Below are positions 15,747-18,993 of a stretch of 18,993 nucleotides of DNA, one piece after another (within the stretch, counting starts at the first letter, position 1; every line of letters begins with the position of its first letter). The notes beneath the pieces are model-generated. The model had not been told where the DNA came from, made no database searches, and saw only the letters and a list, made by a program, of their open reading frames with translations. The position numbers and the translations under genes are program-made. Source of the DNA: a virus (Duplodnaviria; Heunggongvirae; Uroviricota; Caudoviricetes); the IMG/VR virus record IMGVR_UViG_2534681765_000010; one strand, given 5' to 3'.

Positions 15747-16511
15747 ATGGAAGAACAGCACGGTAATTACTTTATAAAACGAATTCAGTTGATTGGAAGG
15801 GGTGCATTTGGCTTTGTTGAACACGTTAAGGTTTACAACCTCAACAAGGGTGAATGTGGGGATTATGCTAGAAAGGTTTTAGCCCCCGAAAAACCAGAGC
15901 TTTTGGCGCAAATAGAGCAGTTTAGAAGGCGTTTTAAAAGGGAGGTCGTGTATCAATCACATTGCGTACATAGCAATATTGTTCCTATTTATTTGTGCGA
16001 TTTGTTTGCCGAGAATCCATGGTTCATTATGGATAAAGCAGAATGTGATCTTGAGCACGAAATAACGAACAACCTTCTTACAACAGATCAAAAAATTTCA
16101 ATAGTGAAAATGGTATTAGATGGTGTAGCTCACATCCATGCGAAAGGCTATTTACACAGAGATATAAAACCATTTAATGTCTTGCGATTTAGCGACGGAA
16201 CATACAAGGTGTCTGATTTTGGTCTGGTAAAAGATACAAATCCCGAAGGGGATACCACTAAATTGACCGAGATCGGTACCCGTATGGGAAGTACAAGATA
16301 TATGGCTCCCGAGATTTTATATAATGCCGAGTATTCAGTTAAGACTGATGTTTATGCGGTGGGGCGGTTAATTGAGGACTTAAATTTAGATGATAAAAAA
16401 ATAAAGCCTATCATAGCGAAGTGTACCAGGATGGATAAAGATGATAGATATCAGACAATAGATGATGTGGCGTTTGATTTTGTGCATTCTTTTTTAAGGA
16501 GTGAGTCATGA
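15747..16511 (+). CDS. Hanks-type (eukaryotic-like) Ser/Thr protein kinase, catalytic domain only
   Basis: Gly-rich loop GRGAFGFV, AxK lysine (YARKVL), catalytic loop HRDIKPFN, DFG (SDFGLVKD), APE (YMAPEIL), DxxxxG (DVYAVGRL); ATG 15747 (track start 15672 is upstream in-frame and overlaps the terminator). Confidence 0.8.
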   Translation: MEEQHGNYFIKRIQLIGRGAFGFVEHVKVYNLNKGECGDYARKVLAPEKPELLAQIEQFRRRFKREVVYQSHCVHSNIVPIYLCDLFAENPWFIMDKAECDLEHEITNNLLTTDQKISIVKMVLDGVAHIHAKGYLHRDIKPFNVLRFSDGTYKVSDFGLVKDTNPEGDTTKLTEIGTRMGSTRYMAPEILYNAEYSVKTDVYAVGRLIEDLNLDDKKIKPIIAKCTRMDKDDRYQTIDDVAFDFVHSFLRSES

Positions 16512-17251
16512 TTCAGCTGATAGCGACTTCATCATTCTCGTATCCAAAAGAACCAGGTAGGGTCAACGAAGATTCATTGCTTCCTCCCAAAATTGTAGGG
16601 GATGGCATCTTATTTGCCGTAGCTGATGGTGTAGGTTCATACACTGGTGCCAGTCAGGCTTCATCAATGGCAATTGCTGAACTTTCAGCATTGACAAGCT
16701 TATCTTTTGACACAGTTCCGGATGTATTTGATGAAGTTAAGCGAAAGGTTATGTCGTTAGCTGATGTTAATGATGAGTTCGATAAAGCTGCTACTACACT
16801 TACGTTTTGTTATGTTTGTGATAGCGGAATTATTATTGGTCATATTGGTGATTGTCGTTTGTATTGCATTGGAGAGAAGAAAGCATACCAATTGACGAAG
16901 GACGATACCAGGCATCAGATGCTAATTGATCAGAATATTTTTAAACCCAGAGATTTGAAGGATAAACCGGGCAAAAATATCTTAACGACGGCTATAGCCT
17001 CAAATGTTGATATGGAATACGACTGTGATTTTATCACATGGAAAGATTTACCTAGTATTAACGGGGTATATCATCTGTGTATCATGTCTGATGGGGTTCA
17101 TAACGTTTGGGAAAAACGCCCCAGATTTACATCAAATACGATGAGTAATAGTCAGAAGTTTTCTAATGGCATTTTGCGTCGTATAGAGAGAGCCGGACCT
17201 GATGATGACTTTTCTTTAGTAAGTATAATGGTGCGTGTGACGTCAGATTAG
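16508..17251 (+). CDS. PP2C-like Ser/Thr protein phosphatase, translationally coupled to the kinase
   Basis: Start overlaps the kinase stop (ATGA); PP2C-like motifs FAVADGVGS, IGHIGDCRLYC (GDxR), LTKDD, MSDGVHN. Confidence 0.7.
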   Translation: MIQLIATSSFSYPKEPGRVNEDSLLPPKIVGDGILFAVADGVGSYTGASQASSMAIAELSALTSLSFDTVPDVFDEVKRKVMSLADVNDEFDKAATTLTFCYVCDSGIIIGHIGDCRLYCIGEKKAYQLTKDDTRHQMLIDQNIFKPRDLKDKPGKNILTTAIASNVDMEYDCDFITWKDLPSINGVYHLCIMSDGVHNVWEKRPRFTSNTMSNSQKFSNGILRRIERAGPDDDFSLVSIMVRVTSD

Positions 17252-17324
17252 TTGTATAAACTCAGTAGGGAATGCTAATTTCACATACAACATAGTTAAA
17301 GAAAACTTAATTTTAATGTAAAAA

Positions 17325-17347
17325 GGCTGCCCTCAGGCGGTCTTTTT
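17325..17347 (+). terminator. Rho-independent terminator (ggctgcc-ctca-ggcggtc + ttttt) after the phosphatase gene
   Basis: 7-bp stem with two G-U pairs, 4-nt loop, T-run 17343-17347. Confidence 0.55.
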
Positions 17348-17470
17348 ATGCTCGAAAATTGATGCAGTACGTTAAACGCGCTGGTGGTTGCGAATACCGG
17401 TCTTTCAGCTTGCTGGCTTTTTAGACAAGAGTTATTGGTATGTCACGTTAACCAGAAAAGGGAAAAAGAC

Positions 17471-17668
17471 ATGCTAAAACAGCAGGATATGACCGAAACC
17501 GCCAGAGTGGTGTTTAATGAATTAAGCGTCACCGAACCGGCGACCGTCGGGGAAATTGCGCAGAATACTTACCTTTCACGCGAACGCTGCCAGTTAATCC
17601 TGACCCAGCTTGTTATGGCGGGTCTGGCAGATTATCAGTTCGGTTGTTACAGACGCCTTCTGCAGTGA
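17471..17668 (+). CDS. Small winged-helix-like DNA-binding protein (65 aa)
   Basis: ATG 17471 after an aggg RBS-like stretch; ATVGEIAQNTYLSRERCQLILTQLVMAGL resembles a recognition helix-wing region. Confidence 0.45.
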   Translation: MLKQQDMTETARVVFNELSVTEPATVGEIAQNTYLSRERCQLILTQLVMAGLADYQFGCYRRLLQ

Positions 17669-17818
17669 AGGCTTTTTAATTTGTGGTAATGGGCGGCTGG
17701 TGGGTGTTAGCGGCACCTGCCAGCCATCTGCTCATGCGTTGGGGTCACAAGCAAACCTCAGGCCCATCTGCTTTGCGCAAAAGCAGTATGAGCCTATCAG
17801 AGAAGTGCTTATTGATCT

Positions 17819-18868
17819 ATGACTAATACTGTAAAAATATCCAGTTGTGAGTTGATCAACGCTGATTGCCTGAAATTTATCCAGACCTTACCGGAAAACT
17901 CTGTCGATCTGATAGTCACAGACCCGCCATACTTTAAAGTGAAGCCCGAGGGCTGGGATAACCAGTGGGAGGGCGACGATGATTACCTGAAATGGCTGGA
18001 CCAGTGTCTGGCGCAGTTCTGGCGGGTACTGAAGCCTGCCGGAAGTCTTTACCTGTTCTGTGGTCATCGCCTGGCATCTGACACCGAAATCATGATGCGT
18101 GAGCGCTTTAATGTGCTGAACCACATTATCTGGGCGAAGCCGTCCGGACGCTGGAACGGGTGCAATAAGGAAAGTCTGCGGGCGTATTTTCCGGCAACAG
18201 AGCGCATTCTGTTTGCAGAACATTATCAGGGACCGTATCGCCCGAAAGATGATGGCTATGTGGCACAGGGGCGCGAGCTAAAACAGCACGTCATGGCCCC
18301 GCTGATTTCTTACTTTCGTGATGCGCGTAAATCACTGGGAATAACGTCAAAACAGATAGCGGAAGCCACCGGAAAGAAAAACATGGCTTCGCACTGGTTT
18401 GGTACCAGTCAGTGGCAGTTACCGAACGAGGGTGATTACAACAAATTGCAGGCGTTGTTTGCGCGTGTTGCGGCAGAAAAACATCAGCGCGGGGAACTGG
18501 AAAAGCCACACCACCAGCTGGTCAGCACATACAGTGAGCTGAACCGGCAGTACACGGAACTGCTGAGTGAATATAAAAATTTGCGGCGGTATTTCGGTGT
18601 GACGGCGCAGGTTCCGTACACCGATGTCTGGACGCATAAACCGGTGCAGTACTATCCAGGAAAACATCCGTGCGAAAAACCGGCAGAAATGCTGCAGCAG
18701 ATAATCAACGCGAGCAGTCGTCCGGGAGACCTGGTTGCAGATTTTTTTATGGGTTCAGGTTCAACGGTAAAAGCGGCGATGGCACTGGGGCGTTGTGCGA
18801 TTGGTGTTGAGCTGGAGACAGGACGTTTTGAACAGACAGTCAGGGAAGTTCAGGATTTAATCGTTTGA
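17819..18868 (+). CDS. DNA methyltransferase, amino-MTase (N6-adenine or N4-cytosine) with DPPY motif IV preceding the C-terminal AdoMet-binding motif
   Basis: 349 aa; VTDPPYF catalytic motif near the N-terminus and FFMGSGST AdoMet-binding motif near the C-terminus; no cognate restriction endonuclease in the window. Confidence 0.85.
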   Translation: MTNTVKISSCELINADCLKFIQTLPENSVDLIVTDPPYFKVKPEGWDNQWEGDDDYLKWLDQCLAQFWRVLKPAGSLYLFCGHRLASDTEIMMRERFNVLNHIIWAKPSGRWNGCNKESLRAYFPATERILFAEHYQGPYRPKDDGYVAQGRELKQHVMAPLISYFRDARKSLGITSKQIAEATGKKNMASHWFGTSQWQLPNEGDYNKLQALFARVAAEKHQRGELEKPHHQLVSTYSELNRQYTELLSEYKNLRRYFGVTAQVPYTDVWTHKPVQYYPGKHPCEKPAEMLQQIINASSRPGDLVADFFMGSGSTVKAAMALGRCAIGVELETGRFEQTVREVQDLIV

Positions 18869-18917
18869 AACGGATGAGATTGCAGAATTAATTACGCACC
18901 ATTATTATTCTGCTCCC

Positions 18918-18993
18918 GGCCCTTTAGCTCAGTGGTGAGAGCGAGCGACTCATAATCGCCAGGTCGCTGGTTCAAATCCAGCAAGGGCCACCA
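18918..18993 (+). tRNA. tRNA with CAU anticodon, Ile2 (lysidine)-like by resemblance to E. coli ileX/ileY; Met cannot be excluded from the anticodon alone
   Basis: 76 nt ending CCA; acceptor stem ggccctt/aagggcc; D-arm gctc...gagc; anticodon loop ctCATaa; T-arm gctgg-ttcaaat-ccagc. Folded by eye. Confidence 0.85.

Noticed and set aside
17610-18667. ORFs 17610-17822, 17888-18223, 18291-18509 and 18419-18667
   Set aside because: Overlap the winged-helix gene or lie antisense within the methyltransferase gene; no supporting signals.
1-18993. CRISPR array, rRNA genes, additional tRNAs
   Set aside because: No spacer-interspersed direct repeats, no rRNA-like stretches and no other cloverleaf-compatible segments were seen on reading through; the only tRNA is at 18918-18993.

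Overview
This window looks like the left (integrase-proximal) arm of a mosaic lambdoid prophage sitting next to a disrupted host ompW gene. All calls are from reading the sequence and ORF track against remembered family features; nothing was searched or computed. Left to right: a partial IS1 (1-230) that truncates ompW; the ompW 3' end with its terminator and three 'tctgcaaaac' repeats; integrase and excisionase; a compact, partly frameshifted early-left region; a CI-like repressor with two downstream cargo genes in the slot lambda uses for rex; Cro-like and YdaT/CII-like genes; a replication initiator with internal origin-like iterons; a frameshifted DUF4406-like gene; a visibly AT-rich island (about 10400-12840) with a Q-like protein plus a convergent two-gene operon; a Hok-family toxin; a DUF968-like protein, RusA and a second Q-like antiterminator with terminator; then a terminator-bracketed Hanks-type kinase / PP2C-like phosphatase operon, a small winged-helix protein, a DPPY DNA methyltransferase and a CAU-anticodon tRNA at the window edge. 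The two best candidates for an undescribed system are the kinase-phosphatase module and the AT-rich two-gene operon, which has the same gene order and sizes as lambda RexA/RexB. No CRISPR array or rRNA was seen.
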